From Mizuhopecten yessoensis (Eukaryota), in assembly GCF_002113885.1 (NCBI RefSeq), contig NW_018408551.1:1524260-1588259 (forward strand): a DNA stretch of 64,000 nt, written 5' to 3'. A program made the position numbers and the translations under genes. Under the pieces are notes generated by a model, which had not been told where the DNA came from, did not search any database, and saw nothing but the letters and a program-made list of their open reading frames with translations. This document shows, one piece after another, positions 25,501 to 39,604 of this stretch; the stretch's first letter is position 1, and each line of letters opens with the position of its first letter.

Positions 25501-28500
25501 TAGGCAAACACGTAAAGTTTTGAAATCAAAATTGTTGTTACCATCATTATCTGTTGCTGCTGATTCATCACTTGTATTAATTTGTTAACACTGAACTATA
25601 TCTTCATTTCAGATGAAACATTTACACGTATCAACCATTCATTTTGTTCAGCAAGAGTCATTTAACTTAACGATAAAAAAGATCAAAACTGCCAGACATG
25701 CAGTACTTATACATACACAGATCAAGCATGAAACAATTTTGATTTCAATATAAAGGACTGTCCTCGATAAGTAGTGCTACATAGTGTTAATACTAAACTG
25801 TGATTAGACTTTTCTAACTACCAACATACATGATTAGCATACTTGTTTTATATTGTGCTAAACACTAACACATCGGCATTGCATCTACTTGCATGGGTAT
25901 CTGATTTTGATTACATTTTGATTAAGATACATACAGTGGCATGCAGTAAACTAAAAATGGTCATCAACACAGTGTCAGCAAAGTATTTCAGCAAACCTGG
26001 ACTATCTTATCTAAGGTCGATTGCTGGTAAGGGGTGATATGATGACTAGTTTTGTAAACAGGGTCAAGTTGTATGAGTAAAATCAATGAATTTAGATATT
26101 TACGCACTTGAAGATAACTACGTCCTGGTTTGCTGAAAACTCAAATATGGCCAAACACATACGCTGGTATTACACTGTGTTTAACTTGTAGCGTTATCAG
26201 TGCTAAGTAGTTGGCATTTACGTACATATTATTCTGTGATTTGTCAACATATTTCGTGATATATACTTTCAAATAATTGAGTATTACATGACTACTCTGT
26301 GAATGTCTGCACGATATTGAGAAATACTACACTGTAAGTATGCATATGAATATATAGATATGTGAGTGCATGGTTATATACTAATCGTAGCTAAACATAT
26401 ATCTATCTACTTTTCTATGCGTTTGTTCTAGCAGATTCATACCTCTCCAGCCTGAAAAAATTAAATAGATAATGTAAAATAATTAAATAAAAAGCATAAA
26501 TCCAATACAAAGACATAGAATATTAAAGCATTTATATAAAACTTGATAAAATATATACAAAATAGAATGGGTAATGAGGAACTGCTATCTCGGAAATATG
26601 CTTCTCAGTTTCGTTGATACATAAATTATGCTAATGGACGGAACTAAACAACGTAGCTTAAGAAGTCAGATAAGGAAAAAAGGGTGACATCATCACTGAC
26701 GTCATTTTTCTAGGCGTCAATGAAGACTTAAGATCCATTACATTTCCTTCCTTTAATGATAATAAAGATAAGAAGCTACTGATGACTAATCATAACACTG
26801 CCTATGACGGTATTCGACTATTTCAAATTAGTATGTAAATGTTTATTGCAAAACTTAATTTGAACGTTGAATGATATCATTTGCATATCTATCTCATTAA
26901 CATATCTAACCAAAAAACCACTACTGATATTAGGATAGTAACAGGAACTCCGTATTATATGCAACGCAAGTGAGAAATCGAAACGATCAAAGGAGAAGAT
27001 TCGTGTTTCGTATAGCAATTCACGGAATAAAGGCACCATTGACAATTTATCGATTTCTTTTTACCTAATTTTAAGATAAAACTTGTGTTAACACTGATCC
27101 TGGTATTGTCCTCCTGACATATCACTCCCCGCGTACCTGACTGAATGCCTTAAATGGCATTTACCTTAAGCCGTGTAGATGCCTGATAAAACAGACAGAA
27201 ATCAATTTCACCCGTCAGCAAAAGCCGTACTATCTATCAGGAAGCAACGAGAATCATTTACATGATATCGGCCATTTCATAAATAAAGATAATATTCAGG
27301 TTTACTCGACCGTCGGTATTGTTTCCTGAGGTGGGATATGTTTTTTCTTAGCTGGTCGGAACGACGCCTTGTGTGTTAATTCTATACCTGCTATGCCGAT
27401 ACTCTCTCCTTCATAAGTCTACGAACAACTTCACACATCTGTTCCCCTTTATGTGATTGAAATTCATATTGAATTCATCAAGAGGAATTATTCCACCACA
27501 GCGTTATAACAGTACTTTCTATAATTGAATCATGTAGGTTATTTGAGATGACGAAATTGTCCCAACCAATAATGGGCTAAACATGCATTTTATAATATGA
27601 GGTATAAAGCACCGCTACTAAACGCGATCATTTCCAAAACTAGAACGTATATCCTCAGTATTCGACGCCTTTGACATACGTCTTACATTATTTGAATATG
27701 TCTGTCCTATTTGATGTTCATGTATGACACCAGTTTGATGTCTCTGTAAATATGTTAGAGAGCACCATCGAGCTATTCCTCTGTAAATATGTTAGAGAGC
27801 ACCATCGAGGTATTCCTTTGTAAAAACGACTCAAAGTAACCGTTTGGAACATGATCATATAATCATAGCAATATCAGAACCTAAACGCGCAGTTATTCGG
27901 AGTTTTCCCAAAGGAAACACGTCTTTCTTTTCAATTTCAATTTCCAATAGCGTCTTGCGATTTGGATACTAATGGATTTCCTATTTCTATTGGAGAATCG
28001 ACACGTTTGGCTGACAACTTGATATGATATGTACTGTAATAGAAAACTGAATCTTTGGTGACAGAACAGATGTATTTAGAACGGTAGCACTTTTTTGGTA
28101 TATGTTTGTAGACAATAAACACTATGCTGCCGTACCGATGATCAAATAACTACACATGTATTTCATTAATCTACATGTTAACGACATCTAATTTACAATG
28201 ATGCACGCATTAATATGTCATATATCTAAAAGACATTGATACAATCACGTTAAAGCAGCTTCAATGCGTGCTATCTTTTATACCTAACCTTACTTATAAT
28301 TACGTCAATGAAAACCAATTATCACCTTTTTTAATGAATACGAAAGTGTGAAAAATAGCGCGACTATTCTAAAATACTATAGATTAAACTCCGCGGGGTT
28401 GTTCTATCTAAAACAATCATTGCTTTGACATATCGACCTCATCAAATGCATAGTATTTAAGTATATACAATACTCCATTGGAATGCTTTTACTGCGGGTG

Positions 28501-29052
28501 ACGATAGGCATCTTAGTTGGAATTTCGACTATATCGTGTCTGAATTAACGCGCCTCTGTATAATCAAACCTTACGTCGTGGAATCTAAGTATTGTTAATT
28601 TTATTGTTCTTTCATTGCCTTCTCAATCGACGAGGCCATACAGAAGTAATTTACTTTGGCAAATTACTTATCAATACATTTCTTTATATCTAAGCATAGC
28701 TAGTAGTTTAGTTATACATGTCTTTGTTATAGTTAACAATCTAATTTTTGCTGATTCTATATGATGTAATGACAGTGTGCATGGTTATCATACACGAAAC
28801 TACCCATATAATATAATTAAATGATAGTTTTATTGATAGTCTTTTGTGAAATACCATCTTACTTATCATTATTTATAATATTCCACAGTTAACAAAATTC
28901 TGTTAATACGACCAATTTCTTGAATATGTGCGACTATAGTTGACACTCTCTCCCATCAACGTTTTCAAGAACAGGAAAACATATCCAAAATACAAAAATA
29001 AAAACTCTACTTTCCAAAATTAAAACATGCAATGTTACATTTCAAAACTTAC

Positions 29053-29131
29053 CTGCTGATACTGATGAAAAATTAACGGATAGATATACACAACATGTCG
29101 CAGCAAATAACCAGATACACCTGTGGTTCAT
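29053..29131 (-). CDS. GGNamide / excitatory peptide (CCHamide-family) precursor, coding exon 1 (signal peptide)
   Basis: Minus strand ATG at 29131 reads MNHRCIWLFAATCCVYLSVNFSSVSA + G, then donor gtaagt (phase 1). Hydrophobic core and a V-S-A end fit a signal peptide. Splices in frame to exon 2. Confidence 0.85.
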
Positions 29132-31821
29132 CTTTAGCTGTCAGTCTCAACTCAAAGTTCCAAAGTAACTGCCAACAGGTGTGTGAGATCTCCAACAAAG
29201 GTAACTGTTAACGTTTCTTTTAAGTCTTTAAATATGTACAGTTTGGATAGGCCTTGTATAGTTGTGCGTTCTAGGAACGTGCCTTGTATTGCCAAACGTT
29301 AGTTGTTCCTCTTTGGTATAAAACTTTTTAAATCACTGATATTTGTGTAGAGTGTTTATAGTTAACGAAAACAATCGCGTGCCGACTAAGAAGTATAGTT
29401 TTTAGTGCTTACCGCCCCCGTGAACGGCATACATTGACACTACCTAGCCCAGTAAAGGGATGGTCAGGAATCATGGATCGGTTTATCAGACTGAGCAAAG
29501 AGACAAGGTATTGGATATTGGCTGGCTAGGGGGGAGGCCTCGCTGTACAAACACGCGCGGTTTCACTATTATTGATTGCTAATAGATGTATAGTAATCCA
29601 CTACGACTGTTACGTCAGCTCATGGTACACGATTCTCGCCCCTTCACACTTTTTTCATGGCCAATAAGGGCAAAATATGAATACAATTAGTGGTTCGCAG
29701 CGATGCCCTTATGTCGCAGTTAACAAGCGTTATTTGGTAACTTTTATTCTTCATCGCTTCATAAAATGTTATTCCGTTGTATCAATATGCTAGAAATGTA
29801 CTGAATATGCAGTTTGCTGGCTACCAAAAGTGGTGTTGAATTATCTCTTTTAAAATTTGGACTTTTCGAAAAACCATTTCATATCTACTCGAAATGTTGA
29901 ATCAGAAAGTGTTACATCCAGGGCACTTGCAATGGTAATACAGTTTAATTTTACATTTAAAATAAATTAAAAATTAAGAATTAATTAATATCGCATAGCT
30001 GATTTTTTAATGCAATTTGTTGGCTTGAAATTTTGCCATTGATCATCTTCCCGAGGTTCCCAATTTTACGGCAGATTTCCTAATTTTCGTGATTCGATTG
30101 TATAACCAATGCGATACACCCAGTTGTCCCTTTATAAGCGTACAATTTCATGTCCTGTGGAACAGTAAATACATTTTATAAAAAGATGAACATTTAAGCT
30201 ACATTTTTTTTCATTAGTATTTTAACTTAAGCAATCTTTTGACCATGTGGGTCCGACAATCGCCGAAATTAAGCTTTAATGGTATGCTACACTTTATCTG
30301 TGAGTTCTCACTAGAAGGGAAATATGACAATCGTAAGATTTCCTGTCCAATGTGAAATTTCCTTAAAACCATTATTATTGTTATATATGACACGTATAAG
30401 TAGTATTACTTAGGAACAAATACCAAGTTTTCTGATGGATTTATGACTGTCTATAATCCTAGTTGCTTGCGACGTGACGTTGTTTCCAGTTGTCTGATTT
30501 TAAAATACATTGTCATTTGTTTTTATCAATTGGCAACTTCTTGAATTCTTTATAAGCTTTATTCAGGGGATGTGTTTTAAATAACAGATATTTTTTATTT
30601 TTATTTTCATATAATGGTTTTATAAATATCATAATACTGTTTATGTTGCATATGCATTTATATGCTACCTGCAAATTTGAACATAAATAACATGATTTTC
30701 CCAACAGAAGGCAACAATATCGAAAAAAAAGGTGAGATAGGTTTTTACTTTATCTTTTATATTACGTTATACATGTCGTTACTTTTTATTGGTTTTTATT
30801 CTTATGTATCATTACAGTGTCGTCATCAAATAATGTAAGCTTAACGGATTGTGCACCACCTTAATGATTCAAGATGTTTCCCTATCAGCACGTCATTACT
30901 GCAGTCAGTTATATGTCGACATTAAGCATTATAAAGGCTAAAGAAATATAAATGGAATTGATGCATGCTAATCCTAACATGCAAATCACCATTAAACGTT
31001 TTATTCCCGTCAGAATAGACGGCATACGCATGCATGCATTATGAATGTTAGTGTACCAAATATTGATACACAGTTTTCATTGCAAAACAACACTGTCACG
31101 AAAGCAATCAGTCATGAATACGTAATATAACACTAATAACTATCAATACAAACAGGTGCATTATATAAACCAAAGTTTACCGCTTTTGACGCGTATTATT
31201 TGTGTGTCTAATACTTTGTCCTTCTGTCTTCATAAACAAATGTGTATTGGGTTTGCCTCTTGGTATTTTGGATGTTGTTTCTCTGTCGTTCTGTCAGTAA
31301 ACACAAAGAGTATCAGCATTTAACTTGTGCGTGTTATTTATGCATGCTTTTTATTGCAGGGTATGTTTTATGGTTATTTGTATTCATGTCTGTCTGTTTC
31401 GTCTGCCTGTATGTACATACTAAAGTTGATCGAGTATTGCTACATGTTCAAAGTTTTAGACGACGAAATTATTAATAAATTTGTCGAAGGGAAATGACAA
31501 CGAATCGTTTGTGATTCGATGGAGACTAACTGTGTATCAAATTTATTAGCTACTATTAATAAACATTTACAAACATTACAATTTTCGTTTCTATTATGGG
31601 TTGTTAGTTATTTACTGATAGCGAATTACCCGCGGTAACAAAAGGTTACCTCCGGTAAACTCAATTTATATACAACGCCCAGAGCGGAGTAGTATCTTAA
31701 GTGACCTATCTACCTTCCGGAGTCTTAAGGACATATCCATACAGACTAGTTAGTGGGTCTCATCATACAAGCTAGTATCAGGAATGGTATACAGAACCTA
31801 CTAGTAGTTTTTTATATGGCT

Positions 31822-32144
31822 CAACCGATCGAGCTAAAGAGAAGTTCTCTATGGGCGAGCGATATATTACGGCTAGTATTTACCAGGGTTACATACATGT
31901 ACTCCCCTTCCAGGAAAGAACTCGCGTTCGTGTTTTTCCAGAGGTAACAGCGATGTTTGTGGAGCAAGGCCGAATATTTTTCCCGGGTCCCTACGTGGGC
32001 GCCAATTTAAACTTTAAATCACTGCCTCCGCTAGGGATCGAACCCGGGACCTTTGGCTTACTAGTCTTACGCTCTACCGATCGAGCTAAAGAGAAGTTCT
32101 CTATAGCCAAGCGATATATTGCGGCTAGTATTTACAGGGTTACA
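31822..32144 (-). mobile_element. Miniature non-autonomous LTR retroelement (TRIM-like) with a tRNA-derived sequence in the LTR
   Basis: Two direct repeats start TGTAACCCTG (32144, 31893). TGGCGCCCACGTAGGG (32004-31989) resembles a tRNA-Lys PBS after the first repeat. Purine tract GGAAGGGGAG precedes the second. tRNA-like A/B boxes at 32023-32095. Second LTR truncated. Confidence 0.75.
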
Positions 32145-32624
32145 ATTCCATAGAAACAGCAATAACAAAGACATGTTGCCAAGAGTCGTTACGGTTAATA
32201 AATCTTTATATTAATTGTTATAATATTCTATCTTATACATCAACACCATCATTGATTTACGTTAAGGGTAATTCCATCTGTAATTGTTGTAAATGAATTA
32301 ACAGGTGGCTTAGTCGGGGTCACAATTCAATATTTTCGATAATTTAAATATAGCGAACAACGAAATGATTGAAACTTCATATTTAAACAATTTCTAATAA
32401 ACATATGTCTGCGATATTTGTTTAAAAACTAAAGGATAGTTACTTTGATTACAAAATTAAGAGTTAAGATTATATCCTGCTAGAGGTTTTGACTTTGTTC
32501 ATAAGGATTTCTTCTTGTGTTGCTATCACCACCAATTAACGCTATGTTGACGTGACATAACATTGATTTGACATACATTTGTAGGTTTACATGACAGATA
32601 TCGTCGATTAAGAAGAAGAGTGTA

Positions 32625-32780
32625 ACCTGTCAAGTACACCGGCTGGTAGCAGAACACGCTTACCCCTCCGAAACACCTGGTGTAATTCCCCTATGAATGT
32701 TTTCAAGGATCGACTTTTTAATATTTCCTTTGTTTATTTTTAGTTTAATTGTACAGTTTTAGACTTTGAATACGTTTTGT
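32625..32780 (+). mobile_element. Penelope-like 3' end motif remnant
   Basis: agcagaacacgcttacccctccgaaacacctgg followed by a T-rich tail; same motif as near 540, 9200 and 35650. Confidence 0.5.
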
Positions 32781-35624
32781 TGACACTTTTAAAGCATTTT
32801 CTCCGTCTTTTGTTCTCGAAAAGATATAAGAAATATACTTACTGTATAAAAAAAGGTGTTATATTATAATTACCTTTCATATCAAACGTAAACGAAGGTC
32901 ATGCAATATATAAATAAACAAATCTACAATAACGTTTCAAACAAAAATTTGCTCAACGTATCAGAGAAAATGTTATGTTCTTTCTCTATACAAAAAAACT
33001 TCTTAAATTCAGGATTATCAGCATTTTTACCTACGTCATACATGGCTGCAGCCTCTGGCTGTATGCACTTGATAATTGAGTCTGTACTATTCATCTATAA
33101 GATATGATCCAGATGGTTGAAATTTATGGTGATTTTGCGAAAGTCATAAATATAATGATTTCATAAATTAGATATAAGTATACCAAATTGCATTAGTTGA
33201 AGAGTGATGTACTATCTTGATCTGATGTGAAGGCTTTATTGGGTGTAACAAAGACGAGTCGAGTTACAACCGTCATGAACCAGATAACAATGTATATCAT
33301 AGTCATATTCTGTACGCTACTATGGTATAACAAAAACGGATTTAGAAAAAAAGGTATAACTCTGGAATTGCTTTTAAAGTCTGACATCACAACTAAACGA
33401 CATGAGAATACTAAATATCTGATAAAGTTATGTAATATGGGTGTGGTTTAGATATTGAATTGTTACGATGACATATGACATGCCTGAACCAATCTCAGCC
33501 AATGAGTTATACTATACCATATGCAAAAGAATTTGCTTTGTCCCAGACAAACTTTTCTGACACATCCCCTGTTGATCTATTCTTCAAATGATGAACATTA
33601 TATGTACTATCTATGAAGTTGGTCAGTGCACAAGACTTATAAGCGAGTATGACTGTATATTCCGGATAGGTACTGTTCTTTGCCAATAAGTACACAGAAC
33701 GAAGCAATTGTCAATGTGCAACTTCTAAATCTAGTAACTTTCGGTTGTGACTTCAAGTTAAATCTCTATCAGTCACTGAGTGATGTTCTGTCATATTTAG
33801 TAAAAATCACAAGATACCGCCCTGCGTCATTCGCAAATTCGTTTTAAAGTGTTATTAAGTACATTATAATATAATCCTTATATTTCTCAACATGCCAATC
33901 CTTCACAATTCTTCTTATTTTCACTTAGAAAAAAAAAGTCGAAACTATGTGACGTAAACAATAGTATGAACATCTGATGGTTTCTTACCATTTTCTGTTC
34001 GAGTTTGAACTAAAGCGCCTGCCTTTGATGTCATAATACGTTTGATTTAATGGGAGGAAGCATGTCGGATGCGTGTTGTAAAGACGAGGAACAGCAATGT
34101 CAATTATATGTCAGGTGAGAAGTATGAAGAGACTGTACAAAAAACATGCAGGACTTGTGTGGAATTTTATATTTTATTCACAAGCAGACTTGGAAATTAT
34201 TTGTACTTCTTTTCATACATGTTGTCCAAAATGCCTTTTTATCGTGTCCGTGAATTTGATTAACCTATGGTGTTGTTTTTGTTGTAAAAATAGAGAATTT
34301 CCTAAACATGTAACTCATTAATATATAGAACTAATGCCTCGGTAAAACAAGTAATGACAAATTGCCCCCGACATGTCAAGCATCATTATACGTAATGTGC
34401 TTTAGTGATATCCGTTATTGTTCCATCAGCGATGCGGTTACATTGTGTCTGTCCACTGAGGAACATAATGATCTTTATAAGGAAATTATCTATATCATTA
34501 ACAATCTTGTTATTGTAATATTAATCTTAGCATGTCATATAAAACACAAACCGACATATATCAGTTTTATTGTAGAAATGCCTAGTCGTACTCGCCTTAA
34601 CGCTTCACCCCTGGAAGTCATAGTTAACTATTCTAACATTTTAACAGGAAGAGTTAAAATGTGTCTACAAATACGGCTACAGTTATAGCAAATGGATCAA
34701 TTACACTTGGTAAATTATTAATGGTGATAATGAATACGTTCCCGACGCTCTCTCTAAACCTAACTCGCTTCGATCTGTTTATCTGGGTAAGACAATCAGT
34801 TTAGCATTTACACAGTTCAGCTACCAGCGTGTTCGTTTGTCGTAAGTAAATGTCATTACACCTGTCTCAGACATCCTAAGCTTACGTACTGCATCATTAT
34901 ATAGGATTAGCGGAATGCGCGTTGTAGAAGTCATTGGGAGCAGTGTCTACCTGATGTGAAATGAGATCCTGTTCCTAGGTGGGAAAAGCTGACTATTCAC
35001 AAATATCCTTGTACTCACTGTATGCAGCTTTATGAACAAATACCGAAGTTGACTCTCATTTGTCTCCAAATGTTTCATGTTATACATATTTATATCAATG
35101 GTATACATTTTGAATACCTTATTTTGTATAGGTTATACTAAATGAATAGCCATGTTAACAGTGTACAATATTTGAGTGGGTTGAGCAGGACATACTTATC
35201 ATAGTTACATGTAAATCAATACGGAAGAAAAGTTACTAAAATATTTAAATACACTCACTTCAAGGATTGGTTAATTTTCCTCATTTTATTATCATGTCAA
35301 AGATTTATTGAATTAATCTATACACATAATGTCCTAAAACAGAAGCCATTTTCCTGGCTAATGTCCCCGCCCAAGATTTGGTTATACGTGTACCTAATTG
35401 AATTACATTGACGTCGTCACAATAAGGTAAACTTTGTAGGTAGAAAACAGAGAAAAATGAGAGGTACTAACCAAACCGTTTATAATCTTACAAAAGTAAT
35501 CAATGTTTTGAGTTCAAAGTAAACAGAGAGAGCAACAACGGGGTAAAAAAAACGAGTTGGAAAAGTACTTGTTTGCTGTTCCGTCATTGACAGTGAGTGG
35601 GATTAAAAAATACGTGTGTTGCGT

Positions 35625-35740
35625 GCTGTGCAAAGAACGCTTATCCCTCTGGAGCACTTAGTCTAGCATAAAAAACTTACCCTTCTGGAACACCTGGTCC
35701 GATATCTGATTCACTTTAGTCTTGAGGCACTGTTTTGTTC
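35625..35740 (+). mobile_element. Penelope-like 3' end motif remnant (tandem, two partial copies)
   Basis: gaacgcttatccctctggagcactt and acttacccttctggaacacctggtcc. Confidence 0.45.
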
Positions 35741-36559
35741 TTTAATGTACCAACATTTATCATTATACGGAGCCTTTTGCTGGTATCAATTGATTTTCAC
35801 GTAAAAGTACAAAAAGAGAACAGGCAAAAAGGCATCAGAGTTTTCTACATAACTAGATTTACAAAACACCCACTAAGTTTTGAATACAACGAAATTCCTC
35901 GTTTCTGCCTACTAATTGGAACGTAAATTAATAATCTCAATGAAGATATGGAATAGGAAAATCGTTCCGAATTTAAATCTCAATTCAACCAACTCAAAAA
36001 AGCAAAGTATAGCCCCTATCCCCTATTGAGGAAAGAAGTTATCAAATTGACATACATATTTAAAAAAAAGGGTTTACACTGTTATTGCTTGATAGCACTT
36101 CCTTCACTCTAAATCTGAGATACATCTGGGAAGATCTGCTGCCATGGAATGTTCATGTTACTCTTTGTGAATTCTTTATCTAAAGCTAGAATATAAAATG
36201 TAAAACAAATTATATATCCATGAGAATGTAGTCTTTTCTGAAAGCCCGTGGTCTACATTTATAAACCTAGATTAGAAGTGTCACAGACCAGAAAGATGAG
36301 AGGTACATACGCAAGGAGGTAGTTATCATAGTTAAAAGCTAAATAAGAAAACTGGAAAAAGTGTACTTGTTGTTCAAAATAAGGCAGATAAATGACCTTC
36401 ACACTATTATTACTATAACTCCACTCGTTAGGAAAACAGGTCGAAGTGTCAGCATAACCATTAAACACACAAAGATATGGCATGTTTCCAATAGGAATCA
36501 TGGTGGTGACAATAAAACTAGTCAATGAGTTCATCAACCTGCATCTCATTAAACCCTGT

Positions 36560-37000
36560 GACATCTGTACGTCCTTAAACATTTAACATCTATCTCAGAA
36601 ATCATGATGTTAGCAGAAAACACCTAAATACCGAATTAACCGCAACATCAACAGGAAGGCAGGGATGTAGCCATGAGGAAAGGGGAAATTTATGATTGGA
36701 AAATCAAAATTGTCACTTTTATCGTACAAATTAGCAGTAAGCCGTTCCGTCTGGTCATAGTGTAAGTAAAACTCGAGGAAAATGGCTGATGTAGAAATTT
36801 CATTGTTCTTGGTTTCATAATCAGGAGGACATAATACGTTTTGATGGGTTCACTTAATCTCTTGTTATATTCTCTTTATCGTCGATATTCTGAAAGTGAA
36901 ATTGAAGGACCTTTTGATAGCGGTGTGGATAAGCTCCATGATAAATTTAGCCACCAAAATCAGCATAGATAATGTCAACCAGGAACGCAATCATAAAATG
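36560..37000 (-). mobile_element. Second decayed Penelope-like RT fragment (C-terminal part)
   Basis: Minus strand: FNFTFR/IDD (cf. FRYIDD, frameshifted), PPDYETKNNEISTSAIFLEFYLHYDQTERLTANLYDKSDNFDFPIINFPF (cf. LYDKRDDFNFPIVNFPF). Confidence 0.75.
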
Positions 37001-38843
37001 TTGTCTTTGTTTTCCAGGTTCAGTGAACATCCGTGGTACAAATAAATGTAGAGGTCTCATGTTCACGTGTATGGATAATTGCTTTTACAGTTGACAAGCG
37101 AGAAAGAAAGTTAAACATTCTTATAGATAATATAGGAATCCCACATATTAAAGGATTGAAGAAAAGCTGCGGGGTTGATGTGTAATTTGAAATGGTGGAA
37201 TGCTTGTTTATTGTCACACCGATCACTGTTTGCGTGCACTATAACTGACATAGTGCGCGCATGACATGTTCAATATGATGATTGAATCTTGATTGGGTCA
37301 TAATCTTACTTCTTACTCCTTAATTTGTAAGGATTTTGTTATTTGCAACGCGTGCATTAAACGCACTAATTAGACACGAAATATTCGATATATCGGTCAA
37401 AGTTTTAAATCACACAAAGATGTTAGGACAAGCTAAACACTGTAATATATTTTCTTGAATAGCACGATGACGTTTTCTTATTCAGAAGTTCAATCACCTT
37501 TATAAAATACTCATCGCTATTTTCAAATGTTCGGGATATTTCCTGTCGGTTTGCAGCCGTTCATTACGTCCTCATGACAATGCGAAACTCTCTTACGTTT
37601 GATCTTATCAAAGTATCGGGAAAGTTCAGCTACAGAAAATAAACATGTTAACGTGAAATAACGTTTGCTGGAGTTTTTGTACAGAAAGTCTTCATCATCA
37701 CATCCTTTAGTAGACGCTGCATTTGGTAGTTTAAGTTCATTATTCTGTCCTTCCACAACCGGCACACGTGTAGCAGAACCGATTTGTACAAGTTTTTTCC
37801 ACATAACATGCAAAAATCACTTCAGCAGATAAAGCATATATCAGCTTCCAAGATAATGAATTTACGATTGTGCTGAACCATCTGCCCGTTCAATAATACA
37901 AAAAGTTTAAACAAAACCATAATTCGGTTGTTTTTTGTTTTTGTTTTTTATTTTTCAAAAATAAAAAAATACATAAAAAACCCGTTATTCGAACTCAAAA
38001 TCGATAAATGAGGGGCAAAATCCTTACATTAATGCCATTGCTAAAGTACAAGGAGGATAAGACAAGAGGGCCTGCAATGATCAAAGCCACACAGTCATTG
38101 GCTTCTTCTGCGACCTGCCACATCAATCTCGATCGAATCCAAGAAATGGCACACCTCATTGTAGGAACCGGGGTAGTGAAAACAAAACAACAACGCACAT
38201 GGATGAGCTTCGTCAAAGACATCGATCTTCATTTCACGACGAGAAATATGATATTTCCTTCATGGAGGCGACGATAACACGCGTACATGTATGACCATAC
38301 GTTTCTTTGAGGTTAACGCATCATTTCTTGCTGAACAAATGCACTTTGATGAATTCAACATTTTGCTTCAACCGCCATTATTACGTGTATACTAATGTGA
38401 TAATATCAGTCTGTGCGATGACCCTTCCATTGACCGTAGCGTTAAAACCAGTGTGAAGTTCAGTCCGGTTAAAGTATATATTATACAACATATGCAGTAT
38501 CCAACATACAAGTAACACTATTCCGCTCGGTAGAACTGTTTTCATGGCAGACAGCAGGAGAATTAAACACCCCAATAATGACAGAAACAAACACAAACAC
38601 CACCTAAGCTGGTAAATAATTCAGCAAAAATACAGTGTCTTAAAGAGTTTGAATAAAAGGACTGCATTATTATAATTAACCTAATGAAAAGTAGGCGAAT
38701 GCAGTACACGCAAACTGAGAGAAACATGCAACACAACTGTGTTGGGCTTATGGTTTTGTTAGTACAGACACTATCCAACAGCCTTTAACACGACAAAGTT
38801 CAACAGGTAAAACTTTGTAATAAACTTTATATATATATATATA

Positions 38844-38990
38844 AAGAATAAAAACATATATTTTTCAGATCGTCCGCTATGCCTTTCTGCCTTCTAGGGC
38901 TTCTTCAGGCGGATTCAGCGGACGATCTGAAAAAAATATGTTTTTATTCTATATTTTCCTTCGCAAGGGCTTATTTATTTATTATCTGCT
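38844..38990 (-). mobile_element. Small foldback element containing a degenerate minimal hammerhead ribozyme, inserted in (TA)n
   Basis: Inverted arms 38845-38878 and 38918-38950. Minus strand UCCGC-CUGAAGA-AGCC-CUAGAA-GGCA-GAAA-GGCA-UA-GCGGA. TA runs on both sides. Confidence 0.6.
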
Positions 38991-39604
38991 ATATATATAT
39001 ATATATAAACTACAAACACAAACATATGGTTTTCTGCCATACACGCGCCTTATTATCTGCAAAAGGCTTTAATATGTAAAATGAAGAAGAAATGTAACTA
39101 AAAACGACATCTAGCAGGAAAAGACGTTCAAGCGAATAGAAAAAAAATATAAAATAAAATGTAAAGTATATACATTTAGGATAAATGCAAAGCATCTTCT
39201 GCTGTTTAACAGCAAATTATCATATGAAGTACTTTTACTAACAAACTTAATATTATTACGTACTGTTCCCTTATTATTCCAATTGGGGTTCCTACGTACG
39301 GGCAATCATGCAAATGGACGTCTAAATTATTTTTTATTGATAATGCGACGTATCTGATAGGAACTGATTACGTTAGGACCGAATTTAACATGACTGTTCT
39401 TTAACACAGCATTTTTTCAACAACAATGCGGTGTTGGTCAAACCCTTGCCCGTGTACCAATGCCACACCCAAACATTATATATTGCTATTAACAAACAAA
39501 ATTAAGGATTGTTCAAATAATTAATTTCGGTTATTGATTAGACATGTTAGGTATTGTCCGATGACTAGCAGCGTATATACTTAATTCGGTTTGTCGACGC
39601 CAGA

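Noticed and set aside
29220-29365. TATA/Inr core promoter of the neuropeptide gene
   Set aside because: Candidates exist (TATTTAAA ~29234, TATAAA 29360) but spacing is not diagnostic in AT-rich DNA.
32023-32095. Functional tRNA-Thr gene
   Set aside because: Acceptor and anticodon stems pair poorly and it lies inside a direct-repeat element.
37523-38277. ORFs of 75-96 aa as gene or transposase
   Set aside because: No identifiable motifs; may be old TE debris but cannot be supported without a search.
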